From Gammaproteobacteria bacterium (lineage in GTDB: Bacteria > Pseudomonadota > Gammaproteobacteria > Eutrophobiales > Eutrophobiaceae), in contig JAJRTU010000321.1 of the NCBI GenBank assembly GCA_024278135.1, positions 1 through 63,715 of the forward strand: a stretch of DNA of 63,715 nucleotides. The letters run 5' to 3'. Positions 8,748-18,835 of the stretch are shown in pieces (position 1 is the first letter of the stretch; each line of letters begins with the position of its first letter). Under the pieces are notes generated by a model that had not been told where the DNA came from, ran no database searches, and saw nothing but the letters and a program-made list of their open reading frames with translations. A program made the translations under genes and the position numbers.

Positions 8748-9956
8748 ATGAGTTTATTCAGATTAATTTGTTTTCTGGTGCTGGTTTTTGCAGGGCCTTC
8801 CGCCAATGCAGGTGCCATGCTCGCCGGCAAGGCGGCAGTGCACAGGCTTGATCATGGGAATGAAACTTTACTGGTCAGCGCACTGGAAAAAATCAGGCAA
8901 GGGGATACCCGGGCGGCCTTGCCCTTGTTGCAACAACTGGTCAGTGTTAATCCAAAGTTCAAACTGGCGCAATTGATGTACGCGGATTTGTAGTTGGCGC
9001 AGAGTCGCCCCATTCAGGACTTTGGCAATATGTCTTCTGCTCCCTATCAACAGATTGTGGCTTTGCGTGAAGAGGCACAGGCACGCTGGCGTCATTACTT
9101 GTCTCCTTCGGCGCAGAACAAGCTGCCTTCGTCATTGGTAAAGCTGAGTGCTGAACAGTTATATGCCATCGTGGTAGACATGAAAACTTCCCGTTTGTAC
9201 CTCTATAAAAATCATAAGGGTGAACCACGTCTGCTGGAGGATTTTTACGTCACCATAGGCAAAAACGGTGGTGGCAAGTATATTGAAGGGGATCAAAAAA
9301 CGCCGGTGGGCGTCTATTTTATTACTGGTTTTATCAAACCGGAGGAATTGCCGGATCTTTACGGTGATGGCGCCTTTCCCATTGATTATCCCAATGCCTG
9401 GGATCAGCGCCAGGGACGCACCGGTTATGGTATCTGGTTACACGGTACGCCCAGCACCACGTTCAGTCGGCCGCCGCGTGACAGCAATGGTTGCGTAATA
9501 GTAAGCAACAGGGATTTGAATACGATAGCGCCCTATATGCAGACCAGTAAAACGCCCGTGATCCTGGCAGACAGCATCAACTGGATTTCCATCGACGAAT
9601 GGAAAACACGACAGTCGCAGTTTGACAGTTATGTCGAGCAATGGCGGCGGGACTGGGAAAGCCGTGATGCCGACCTCTATCTGAGTCATTATTCGCGCCA
9701 ATACTCCGGTCTGGGAAAGGACTATGAGAGTTGGGCGGCTTACAAGCGTCGTGTCAATCCCGCCAAACGTTTTATCAAGGTTGATATCTCCGAGCAGAGC
9801 ATGTTCCTTTATCCAGGTGAAGAAGCCTTGCTGGTCGTCACTTTTGCACAGGATTATGTCAGCGATAACATCAAAAGACGTTTTATCAAACGGCAGTACT
9901 GGCAGAAGGACAAAGACGGGCAGTGGCGCATTGTCTATGAAGGGTCGGTATCCTGA
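8748..9956 (+). pseudogene. L,D-transpeptidase (YkuD domain) interrupted by an in-frame TAG at 8991-8993
   Basis: ORFs 8700..8993 and 8994..9956 share one frame and are separated only by TAG. The N-terminal part carries the signal peptide MSLFRLICFLVLVFAGPSANA. The C-terminal part carries the YkuD catalytic motif GIWLHGTP...SNGCVIVSN. Confidence 0.8.
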
Positions 9957-10813
9957 TCATCCCTTGTTGCAACAATATTTTTTCTCAACCAGCTGACCAG
10001 ATCGCGCCAGATATGTGCTACTTCAGACGGTGTTGGCATGATACCGGCGTAGGGTAATTCTATAGTCACCACCGGTATTTTCATCTGAACCCCCGCGTAA
10101 TTCCCCAGTGATCCAGGATAGGTTCCAAGCAGGTTCAAGTACAGGCGTCCCAACTTGTAGGGGCCGTTTTTGGGCCCATCGTAATCAACAATGCCGTGGG
10201 GGGCATGTACCGCCACAATCACGTCCGGCGCAAATTGATTGAATTCTTCCACCAGCCATTGCGTTTCCGATTCGCTCAGGGCTGCATGGCCTGGAAAGCG
10301 CCGCGGATTACGGTGAGTCACATTTTCCCAGTAATTGCGGGTGGCGTTATACCAGTCCGGCATGGGGAAATTGCGGTTCAGATCAACATTGTTGGCATTC
10401 ATGCGTTGCGATTTCCTGCGCAACAGCCCGTCAGGGTTCAGCAAGGGTAAAATCCTCCAGTGGAACAGGCCGGAGTGGTATTTGTCCAGGATTTTCATCC
10501 ATTTGAAAACAATACTGACGGAGGAATATTCGTCGCCATGGATGCCGCCTATCAGCAGGACCCGGCCCAGCGGACGACGCTCGGCAACAGGCGGATAGTC
10601 TTTAAAAAGGATCGGACTGCCGGTGGACGAATAGCCCCTGGTTTGTTGTAAATCACTGCCGAGGCAGTCGTTGAGACTGATGCTGGCCAGTTTATTGGCG
10701 ATGCGCTCACATTCGTCTTTGACCACTACATTGTAGTCATCTGTTTCTGCCGGAGCGGAGTTGCCGAAGCCCAGCAACAGCAGGCCTAAAAAATATCGCG
10801 GGATTCTTATCAT
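9935..10813 (-). CDS. secreted M14-family zinc carboxypeptidase / murein peptide amidase-like protein
   Basis: Signal peptide. Zn-binding HxxE motif in LLIGGIHGDEYSS and a second His in VIVAVHAPHG. 292 aa. Confidence 0.75.
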   Translation of the reverse strand: MIRIPRYFLGLLLLGFGNSAPAETDDYNVVVKDECERIANKLASISLNDCLGSDLQQTRGYSSTGSPILFKDYPPVAERRPLGRVLLIGGIHGDEYSSVSIVFKWMKILDKYHSGLFHWRILPLLNPDGLLRRKSQRMNANNVDLNRNFPMPDWYNATRNYWENVTHRNPRRFPGHAALSESETQWLVEEFNQFAPDVIVAVHAPHGIVDYDGPKNGPYKLGRLYLNLLGTYPGSLGNYAGVQMKIPVVTIELPYAGIMPTPSEVAHIWRDLVSWLRKNIVATRDDQDTDPS

Positions 10814-10815
10814 TA

Positions 10816-11802
10816 TTATTTGAGTGAATAAGCCAGGGCGATGCCAATAAAAATGCTCGCACCAAACCAGTTGTTATTTAAAAAAGCCTGGAAACATTTG
10901 TCCGGGGATCTGTCTTTTATAAGGTATTGCTGGTAGATGGAAAATCCTGCCGCCACCACCAGGAAGGTATAGTAAGGCCAAAGCAAAGTCAGTTGATTGC
11001 CGATGATGAGCAGTACAATCAAGGTCATGACCTGCAAGATGCCGATGATCGTTCGATCCGCGTCATCAAACAATATGGCTGTGGATTTTATACCAATCTG
11101 AAGATCATGTTCACGATCAACCATGGCGTAAATTGTATCAAACACGACGGTCCATAGCAGGTTGGCAATAAAGAGCAACCAGGCAATTCTGGGTACAGTG
11201 CCGGTTTGGGCGGCGAAGGCCATAGGGATGCCCCAGCTGAAGGCGATGCCAAGGAAGAACTGAGGCAGATAGGTATGTCGTTTCAGATAAGGGTAGATGA
11301 CAGCCAGGGGGATGGCGACAAACGATAACAGGATGGTCAGGCGGTTGGTGCTCAATACCAGCAAAAAGGCTATAAGCAACAGTGTTATGGCCACCATCAA
11401 CGCTTCCTTGCCACTGACCTGACCGGTCGCCAGAGGACGTAAGCGGGTTCGTTCCACATGGCCGTCAAAATGGCGGTCGGCGTAATCGTTCATCACACAA
11501 CCTGCCGAGCGGGCCAGGAAGGGGCCAAGCACAAATACAATTAACAGATGCAGGGAAGGCAGACCTTCTGAGGCGATCCACAATGCCCACAGTGCCGGCC
11601 ACAACAATAATAATGCGCCAATGGGTCTGCTCAGACGTGTAAGCTGGATGTACTGCCACAATCTGTCTTTGATGCCGGGCCAATGGGCGATTCGCCAGTC
11701 GTCGATACGCTGATACGTTTTCTTTGACTCATGCAGCAAAGTACGACGGCAGGCCCGAAGAAGTTGTTTAAAACGATGTAGATAGCTGTGGAAATCGTCC
11801 AT
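10816..11802 (-). CDS. ubiA: 4-hydroxybenzoate polyprenyltransferase
   Basis: LSRPIGALLLLWPALWALW and NDYADRHFD motifs of UbiA prenyltransferases, with multiple TM helices. The N-terminal ~45 aa may not be translated (possible later TTG start). Confidence 0.88.
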   Translation of the reverse strand: MDDFHSYLHRFKQLLRACRRTLLHESKKTYQRIDDWRIAHWPGIKDRLWQYIQLTRLSRPIGALLLLWPALWALWIASEGLPSLHLLIVFVLGPFLARSAGCVMNDYADRHFDGHVERTRLRPLATGQVSGKEALMVAITLLLIAFLLVLSTNRLTILLSFVAIPLAVIYPYLKRHTYLPQFFLGIAFSWGIPMAFAAQTGTVPRIAWLLFIANLLWTVVFDTIYAMVDREHDLQIGIKSTAILFDDADRTIIGILQVMTLIVLLIIGNQLTLLWPYYTFLVVAAGFSIYQQYLIKDRSPDKCFQAFLNNNWFGASIFIGIALAYSLK

Positions 11803-12005
11803 TTATCAGAAGTCAGTCGTGAATACTGTCCCTGGCGCATATGGACATGATCGGGATGAAAAAAGATGCGCCACAAAGTACGCAGACGGCCGCAGCGGCG
11901 CAGGAGACCGAAGTTGGGGGCACAGAGTATAAGAAAGGGCAGCTCTGTACACTTTACGGCTATTTTCAATTATTTTCGGGTTCATTTGTAATTCGGAGCC
12001 ATTAT

Positions 12006-14096
12006 TCAGACCTGAGCAAACAGCAGCCAGTCAGCCATCCAGCGCTTTATCAGGGATTGTACATGTCCCGGGTGGGCATTGAGCAGAAGATCTGCCGTTT
12101 TTCTTATCTGCGGGATTAAATGCGCATCTCGTGCCAAATCAGCAATGCGCAAAGCCGGCAGGCCGGTTTGACGCGTCCCCAGCAGATCACCCGGGCCGCG
12201 TAAGTCCATATCCTTTTGGGCAATTTCAAAGCCATCATTGCTACGGCGTAAAGTTTCCAGCCTGGTTTGTGCCGGGTTCGACAGGGGCGATTGATACATC
12301 AATACGCAATCGCTCTGGTGTTTCCCCCGGCCTACTCGTCCCCGCAGTTGATGCAACTGCGAAAGACCCAGGCGTTCGCTGTTTTCAATGACCATGAGGC
12401 TGGCGTTGGCGACATCCACACCCACCTCAATAACGGTTGTTGCGACCAGCAGATCGATCTTGCCACCTTTAAAATCCGTCATTATCCGGGCCTTGTCAGT
12501 ACTTTTCATGCGACCATGGATGAGCCCGACGCTCAGATCCGGCAGCATATTTGCCAGCTGTTCACAGGTATCAGATGCCGCCTGGCATTGCAGGGAGTCG
12601 GACTCTTCAATCAGGGTACATACCCAGTAGACCTGTCGACCCTGACGACAGGCAACGGCGATCCGATCGATGACTTCCTGTCGTTTTTGATTGGATATGG
12701 CGATGGTTTTTATCGCCTGACGGCCCGGCGGCAATTCATCTATTACCGAGATATCCAGATCTGCGAATAGTGTCATGGCCAGTGTTCGCGGGATTGGCGT
12801 TGCCGTCATAATTAACTGGTGTGGATGTATTTCTCCGGCTTTTTCCAGTAAAGCCAAACGTTGATGTACGCCAAAACGATGTTGTTCATCAATGATCACC
12901 AGTCCCAGTCTGGAAAACCTTACCGTTTCCTGAAACAGGGCATGGGTCCCCACCACAAACTGCGGTACTGTTGTGGCAATATTTGCCAATACCGACTCGC
13001 GTTCGACTCGACCCATTTTGCCTGTCAGCAGTTTTACCGGAATCTCCAGCGGTCCCAGCCATTGGCGAAGGTTTAGATAATGTTGTTCCGCCAGCAGTTC
13101 GGTGGGAGCCATAAAAGCCACCTGGTAACCCGCAGCGATGGCCTGCAGTGCGGCAATGGTGGCAACGACAGTCTTGCCGGAACCGACATCGCCCTGAATC
13201 AAACGCAACATCGGTACGCCTTTATTCATATCTTCCTGTAAATCTTTTATAACAGTTGACTGAGCTCGGGTTAAGTCGAAAGGAAGTTGTTGTTTAAATT
13301 TGCAGATCAGTTTTCCACTGTCCTGCAAAGGTGGGGCCGGATATTTGTGTACCCTTTCCCGCAGGCAGCGCAGGCTTAAATGTTGTGCCAGTAATTCCTC
13401 AAACGCCAGGCGTTGCTGACAGGGGTGATGACCCAGCAAAAGTGCATCAATTTCCGCGTCTGGCGGAGGACGGTGTACATAGCTCAGCGCATCAACGAGG
13501 CCTGGTAAGTTCGCCTCAGTCAACAGTGTTTCCGGGACCAGTTCCGGTAATTCGCTGCTGTCCCGCCTGAAAACGTCCATGGCCTGTTCCGTGAGTTTGC
13601 GAAACTTGTTTTGGCTCAAGCCTTCGGTGGCCGGATAAACGGGTGTCAGTGTTTGTTCCAACTGTCCCTGATCGTAATTGTCGATTAGCTGGTATTCAGG
13701 GTGAATCATCTCCAGCTTGTTGCCGACTCGTCGTACCTGTCCCCAGCATTGAATATGCATTCCTTGAGCAAGTTTATTCTGTTGACTGCGGCTGAAGTAA
13801 AAAAACCGCAGCATCAGGGCACCGCTGCCATCGCTGATCCGGCACAGGAGTGAACGTCGTTTGCCAAATTGCAGCTGCGTCAATTCGATCTGTCCCTGTA
13901 TCAGCGCTTCCTGCCCCATCTGCAGGCTGCCGATGGCGTGTAGTCGAGTACGGTCTATATAACGGCGGGGCAGGTGGAACAGCAGGTCCTGCACTGTATG
14001 AATCCCGAGGTGTTGTAAGCGGGCCGCTATACGAGTACCCACTCCGGACAGTGTCGTCACCGGGGAATTCAGACGTGGCGGGGCGATGTGTCCCAC
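12006..14096 (-). CDS. recG: ATP-dependent DNA helicase RecG
   Basis: Wedge domain plus SF2 helicase motifs (GDVGSGKT, DEQHRFG, MTATPIPRT, QLHQLRGRVGRG). The GTG at 14096 avoids overlap with ridA. The track ORF extends to 14180. Confidence 0.93.
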   Translation of the reverse strand: MGHIAPPRLNSPVTTLSGVGTRIAARLQHLGIHTVQDLLFHLPRRYIDRTRLHAIGSLQMGQEALIQGQIELTQLQFGKRRSLLCRISDGSGALMLRFFYFSRSQQNKLAQGMHIQCWGQVRRVGNKLEMIHPEYQLIDNYDQGQLEQTLTPVYPATEGLSQNKFRKLTEQAMDVFRRDSSELPELVPETLLTEANLPGLVDALSYVHRPPPDAEIDALLLGHHPCQQRLAFEELLAQHLSLRCLRERVHKYPAPPLQDSGKLICKFKQQLPFDLTRAQSTVIKDLQEDMNKGVPMLRLIQGDVGSGKTVVATIAALQAIAAGYQVAFMAPTELLAEQHYLNLRQWLGPLEIPVKLLTGKMGRVERESVLANIATTVPQFVVGTHALFQETVRFSRLGLVIIDEQHRFGVHQRLALLEKAGEIHPHQLIMTATPIPRTLAMTLFADLDISVIDELPPGRQAIKTIAISNQKRQEVIDRIAVACRQGRQVYWVCTLIEESDSLQCQAASDTCEQLANMLPDLSVGLIHGRMKSTDKARIMTDFKGGKIDLLVATTVIEVGVDVANASLMVIENSERLGLSQLHQLRGRVGRGKHQSDCVLMYQSPLSNPAQTRLETLRRSNDGFEIAQKDMDLRGPGDLLGTRQTGLPALRIADLARDAHLIPQIRKTADLLLNAHPGHVQSLIKRWMADWLLFAQV

Positions 14097-14115
14097 GGCC
14101 TGTATATGAAAAAGT

Positions 14116-14502
14116 CTAGTCTTCCAGATGCATGACGGCGTCCATCTCCACCTGTGCACCTTTGGGCAGCTGCGCCACACCTATCGCTGCACGGGCAGGA
14201 TAGGGTTGCTGGAAAAACTCAGCCATGATTTCATTGATCAGGGGGAAGTGTTGCAGATCCGTAAGGTATATGTTCAGTTTCACAATATCAGCAAGGTCGC
14301 CACCAGCGGCTTTCGCTACGGCCTGTAAATTACTGAACACCTGCACTATTTGCTGTCTGATATCTTCACCGGTCAATTCCATTGTTTCCGGAAGCAGTGG
14401 GATCTGACCGGACAAATAGACGGTGCTGTCTATTTTAACAGCCTGGGAATAGGTGCCGATAGCGGCAGGCGCATCAGGGGTGGTTATGATTATGCGGGAC
14501 AT
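14116..14502 (-). CDS. ridA: RidA family reactive-intermediate deaminase
   Basis: YjgF/RidA signature ([12 protein letters not shown]...[18 protein letters not shown]). ATG at 14502 is preceded by AGGAGA. Confidence 0.88.
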   Translation of the reverse strand: MSRIIITTPDAPAAIGTYSQAVKIDSTVYLSGQIPLLPETMELTGEDIRQQIVQVFSNLQAVAKAAGGDLADIVKLNIYLTDLQHFPLINEIMAEFFQQPYPARAAIGVAQLPKGAQVEMDAVMHLED

Positions 14503-14609
14503 ATTTTCTCCTGGATAAGCGTAAACCCATGAGTTTACACGACACAATCAAAAGTAAAATATCAAATATAGCCGTGGCGGACACCTGGATGCCGTTTGTT
14601 ACGGGTATA

Positions 14610-16742
14610 TTATCTTCGACTGATACGAGAGACGTGCTTGATACCGCGTATTCTGCGCATCACTCCGGCCAGATGAACCCTGTCACGTACTTCGATAACA
14701 AATTTTATACTGGTATAGCGATCATCACGCTCTTTCATGGTCACATGGACAATATTCGCATCCTGATCAGAGATAGCAGTGGCGATGGTGGCTAATACAC
14801 CACGCTGGTTGGTCAGATCGATACGAATGTTGGTCGTAAACTCACCTTCAATATTCGACTCCCATTCAACGTTAACCCATTTGTCCGGTTGATTCCGGAA
14901 CTCTGTGACATTCGGGCAAGACTGGTGGTGAACTACAATTCCACGTCCGGCGGTAACAAAACCGAGTATGGGATCGCCTGGGATGGGCAGGCAACATTTT
15001 GGAAAGTTAATGACCATGCCTTCTGAACCCTTGATGGTGAGCGGAATAGCATGTTTAGCATTGGACTTCTTGCCAACATTCTTGCTGGCGGCAAGACCAA
15101 TAAGTTCCCGGGCGACAATCGGTGCCATACGGTTGCCAAGACCCACTTCTATCAGTAATTCATCCTGATGTTTCAACTGGTAATCTTTGAGTACCTTTGC
15201 CATTTGTTTGCTGTCGATCTCATCAAGACTGCCGGCATGAATTTCAAGCTGTCTGTTGAGTAATCGCTTGCCCAACGCGAGTGCTTCACCAATTTGCAGG
15301 TTTTTCAGGTAATGACGAATATTTGAGCGAGCTTTGGCCGTGACGGCAAAATTCAACCAGGCCGGATTCGGTCTGGCGCCGGGTGCGGTAATGATTTCCA
15401 CGGTCTGCCCGGTTGTGAGTGGTGTACCCAGCGGGGTCAGCCGTCGGTCAACGCGTGCTCCCACACAAGTGTTACCGACATCAGTGTGGATGGCATAGGC
15501 GAAATCCACTGTGGTCGCGCTGCGAGGCAGTTCGATAATTTTGCCTTTCGGCGTAAATAAATAGACTGACTCCGGAAACAGATCGACCTTGACGTGTTCG
15601 AGAAACTCTTCCGGGTTTCCCGCCACGGTTTGCATCTCCATGATGTTGCGTAACCATTCACGTGCGAGTTTGTGTGTTCCGCTGCGGCTGCGACTGCGAC
15701 TGTGTGTCCCTCCTTCTTTATAAAGCCAGTGTGCAGCGATACCCGCCTCTGCCACATCATTCATTTCGCGGGTTCTGATCTGTACTTCTATATGTACGCC
15801 GAAGGGGCCGAACAACACTGTATGCAGCGACTGATAACCATTGGATTTTGGAATGGCGATATAATCCTTGAATTTTCCCGGCACCGGTTTGTATAGATTA
15901 TGGACGATGCCCAGGGCACGATAACAGGCATCCGCACTGTCGACGATGATGCGAAAGGCATAGACATCGTATACTTCGGTAAAGGACAGGGCCTTGCGGT
16001 GCATTTTCTGGTAGATCCCGTACAGGTGTTTTTCGCGCCCGGCGATTTGCACAGGCATTTTTTCCTGACGCATGCGCCGCTTCAAAGAGTTGCGGATCTT
16101 GGTGATCACTTCCTTGCGATGCCCGCGGGCTTTAATCACCTGTTCCGTCAGGATGCGGTGGCGCATGGGATACAGAGTGGCAAAACCCAGTTCTTCCAGT
16201 TCAAGACGAATGTTATTGATGCCGAGGCGTTGTGCAATGGGGGCGTATATTTCCAGTGTTTCGCGGGCGATGCGCCGTCGTTTTTCGGGGGGCAGGGCAC
16301 CGAGCGTGCGCATATTGTGTAATCTGTCGGCCAACTTGACGAGGATGACGCGAATGTCATTACTCATCGCCATCAGCATTTTACGGAAATTATGGGCTTG
16401 TGCCTCCGCAAAAGTACTGAATTTAATCTGTGTCAGCTTACTCACACCATCCACCAGATCCGCCACACCCTTGCCGAATTTTCTCTGAATTTCCGTTTTC
16501 AGCGTCGGTGTATCTTCTATGACGTCATGCAGGATTGCGGCTGCCAGCGTCTGATAATCCATGTGCATGTCGGCGAGTACACGCGCGACTTCAAGCGGGT
16601 GGTGAATATAGGGTTCTCCGCTTTTACGATGCTGCCCTGCATGCGCTTTGGCGCTGAATTCGTAGGCGCGCGTCACTTTCTCCACCTCGTCCGGTGACAA
16701 ATAGGAACCCGCAAGTTTCCGTAACTCGAAGATAGAGGTCAT
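14610..16742 (-). CDS. spoT: bifunctional (p)ppGpp synthetase / guanosine-3',5'-bis(diphosphate) 3'-pyrophosphohydrolase
   Basis: HD hydrolase motif (HPLEVA...ILHDVIEDT), a RelA/SpoT synthetase domain, and TGS and ACT domains. Sits in the gmk-rpoZ-spoT operon context. Confidence 0.93.
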   Translation of the reverse strand: MTSIFELRKLAGSYLSPDEVEKVTRAYEFSAKAHAGQHRKSGEPYIHHPLEVARVLADMHMDYQTLAAAILHDVIEDTPTLKTEIQRKFGKGVADLVDGVSKLTQIKFSTFAEAQAHNFRKMLMAMSNDIRVILVKLADRLHNMRTLGALPPEKRRRIARETLEIYAPIAQRLGINNIRLELEELGFATLYPMRHRILTEQVIKARGHRKEVITKIRNSLKRRMRQEKMPVQIAGREKHLYGIYQKMHRKALSFTEVYDVYAFRIIVDSADACYRALGIVHNLYKPVPGKFKDYIAIPKSNGYQSLHTVLFGPFGVHIEVQIRTREMNDVAEAGIAAHWLYKEGGTHSRSRSRSGTHKLAREWLRNIMEMQTVAGNPEEFLEHVKVDLFPESVYLFTPKGKIIELPRSATTVDFAYAIHTDVGNTCVGARVDRRLTPLGTPLTTGQTVEIITAPGARPNPAWLNFAVTAKARSNIRHYLKNLQIGEALALGKRLLNRQLEIHAGSLDEIDSKQMAKVLKDYQLKHQDELLIEVGLGNRMAPIVARELIGLAASKNVGKKSNAKHAIPLTIKGSEGMVINFPKCCLPIPGDPILGFVTAGRGIVVHHQSCPNVTEFRNQPDKWVNVEWESNIEGEFTTNIRIDLTNQRGVLATIATAISDQDANIVHVTMKERDDRYTSIKFVIEVRDRVHLAGVMRRIRGIKHVSRISRR

Positions 16743-16870
16743 AGGGCAATTGTAACTCAGACAGTGCTACACTGCTGTAGAGTCTATATAGAACCGGAAT
16801 ACAGGCCGGCCGGTATTATTCCGCCGGGACCTCGCCGAAACCACCTGAAAGAAGTATTGCTCCGGCGAAA

Positions 16871-17134
16871 TTATTCGGGTATGGGGAACTCGATGTGGCC
16901 AGACTCGGCGAATTCATCTTCGACAGCGGGTTTGCCGATGGTATCGACATTGTCTTTGGTGATTAATTCCTCTGCAATCTCGCGTAATGCAACAACGGTG
17001 GGCTTGTCATTATCTTCATCAACCAGCGCTTCGGCACCCATGGACAAATCTCTTGCCCGCTTGCTGGCGAGCATGACCAGATCATAGCGATTCAGAACGT
17101 TATCAAGACAATCTTCAACTGTTAATCTGGCCAT
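16871..17134 (-). CDS. rpoZ: DNA-directed RNA polymerase subunit omega
   Basis: [30 protein letters not shown] is a canonical RpoZ N-terminus. Confidence 0.95.
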   Translation of the reverse strand: MARLTVEDCLDNVLNRYDLVMLASKRARDLSMGAEALVDEDNDKPTVVALREIAEELITKDNVDTIGKPAVEDEFAESGHIEFPIPE

Positions 17135-17211
17135 TCCTTACTTCTCCAAAGTGATTCAGGTTTAATTCCGGCGCCACCGCACCGTAAAAGACCGCATAGT
17201 GTACTGAACTA

Positions 17212-17844
17212 TCAGGAATCTACCAACAATTCTCTTACAAATTGATCAAAATAAGGCTTTTGTTGCCGATAGTTGAGGTGACTCGCACTGATTATCGTTT
17301 TCAATTCCTGCAGGGCGGTTTCAAAATGGTCATTTATGACCAGATAGTCGTATTCACTATAGTGGGATATATCTGCTTTGGCCTCCCGCATACGACGTGC
17401 TATAGCTTCGTCGCCATCGCCCCTGTCGACCAGGCGTGACTTCAGTGTTTTGTAGGAAGGCGGAAGGATGAAAATACTGATGACATTGGTTCCCAGTTCA
17501 CGTACCTGGCGGGCGCCCTGCCATTCAATTTCCAGAATAATGTCTCTGCCTGTCGCCAGCTGTTCTTCCACCAGCTGTCGTGACGTGCCATAGCTGTTGT
17601 CAAATACTCGCGCATGTTCCAGAAATTGACGCCGGGACACCATTTTTTCAAATTCAGATTCATCGACAAAGTGATAGTCGATGTTATCTTTTTCGTTAGC
17701 GCGTTTTTTTCTGGTAGTGTGGGAGATGGACACGTAGAGATTGGCCAAAGATTCCAGCAAGGCCTGAACCAATGTCGTTTTACCGGCCCCGGAGGGTGCG
17801 GAGATGATGAACAAGGTGCCCGTTTTACTGTTATCCCGAGTCAT
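17212..17844 (-). CDS. gmk: guanylate kinase
   Basis: P-loop SAPSGAGKTT and the YHFV guanylate kinase signature. 210 aa. Confidence 0.94.
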   Translation of the reverse strand: MTRDNSKTGTLFIISAPSGAGKTTLVQALLESLANLYVSISHTTRKKRANEKDNIDYHFVDESEFEKMVSRRQFLEHARVFDNSYGTSRQLVEEQLATGRDIILEIEWQGARQVRELGTNVISIFILPPSYKTLKSRLVDRGDGDEAIARRMREAKADISHYSEYDYLVINDHFETALQELKTIISASHLNYRQQKPYFDQFVRELLVDS

Positions 17845-17865
17845 TTAATTGTATACGCCTGATTC

Positions 17866-18726
17866 TTATTCAATATTCTGAATTTGTTCGCGCATCTGTT
17901 CAATGAGCACTTTCAGCTCTACCGAGACGTTGCTCATATCGACGTTGGCGGCTTTTGAACCCAGGGTATTGGCTTCGCGATTCATTTCCTGCATAAGAAA
18001 ATCCAGCCGTCGGCCAACCGGGCTGTTTTCGTTCAATACGCGTTTTACTTCCCCGATATGGGCGTCCAGGCGGTCCAGTTCCTCTGCCACATCCATTTTT
18101 TGCGCCAATATCAGCATTTCCTGTTCCAGGCGCTCCTGATCCAGCTCTATCTGCAATTCGTTTGCTCTTTTAATGTAGCGCTCGCGAATCTTTTCCATAA
18201 TCACGGGCAGACGCTCACGAATGTGATGAACTTGCTGCTCTGCCGCTTCGCACCTGTCTGTCAACATAGTTTTCAGTTTTTCGCCTTCACGATGTCGTGT
18301 CTCCAGCAGCAATTCCAGGCTCTTGTCCAGTGCCGCCAGCAGTGCCTTGCCCAGACTTTCCATATCCAGTGATTCTCGCTCAATGACACCTGGCCAGCGC
18401 AGGATATCCACAGGATCTATCGGTGCCGGGTTCCTGATGGGCAGGGATTCGGCGGCCAGGATTAACTTTTCGGCGAGCAGCGCGTTGACAGGTACCGTGC
18501 CCGTTGTCGTGTCATCGTTATCAAAGCGCAGGACGCAATCCACCTTGCCACGTTTTATTTGAGCTGAAATATGTTCTCTGACAGCATTTTCCAGCATGCG
18601 TAAATCTTCCGGCAGACGGATGAACATATCCAGATAACGGTGGTTTACCGTCCTGATTTCCCAGGTGGCCCGTCCCCAGGACCCCGACTCTTCCAATCTG
18701 CCAAAGGCGGTCATACTTGCTGTCAT
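17866..18726 (-). CDS. yicC: YicC/YloC family stress-induced protein (endoribonuclease)
   Basis: Typical N-terminus M..SMTAFGR and C-terminus EANTLGSKA...ELKVLIEQMREQIQNIE. ATG at 18726 has an AAGGA SD, giving 287 aa. Confidence 0.88.
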   Translation of the reverse strand: MTASMTAFGRLEESGSWGRATWEIRTVNHRYLDMFIRLPEDLRMLENAVREHISAQIKRGKVDCVLRFDNDDTTTGTVPVNALLAEKLILAAESLPIRNPAPIDPVDILRWPGVIERESLDMESLGKALLAALDKSLELLLETRHREGEKLKTMLTDRCEAAEQQVHHIRERLPVIMEKIRERYIKRANELQIELDQERLEQEMLILAQKMDVAEELDRLDAHIGEVKRVLNENSPVGRRLDFLMQEMNREANTLGSKAANVDMSNVSVELKVLIEQMREQIQNIE

Positions 18727-18835
18727 TAAAGTATCCTTTATCTGATGATATCTGAATGAATCGGGCATACTAACTGCTCGTAAGCGTTCATGAAATAGCG
18801 GAAGATGTATAATCACCCGTTTTTGGAGAAATTTT

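Noticed and set aside
11662-12005. Roughly 45-aa basic N-terminal extension of UbiA, and absence of ubiC upstream
   Set aside because: In-frame TTG codons further in (e.g. the L of RLWQY) could be the true start. Sequence alone cannot distinguish a real extension from an over-long ORF. The 200-bp region upstream has no chorismate-lyase-like frame.
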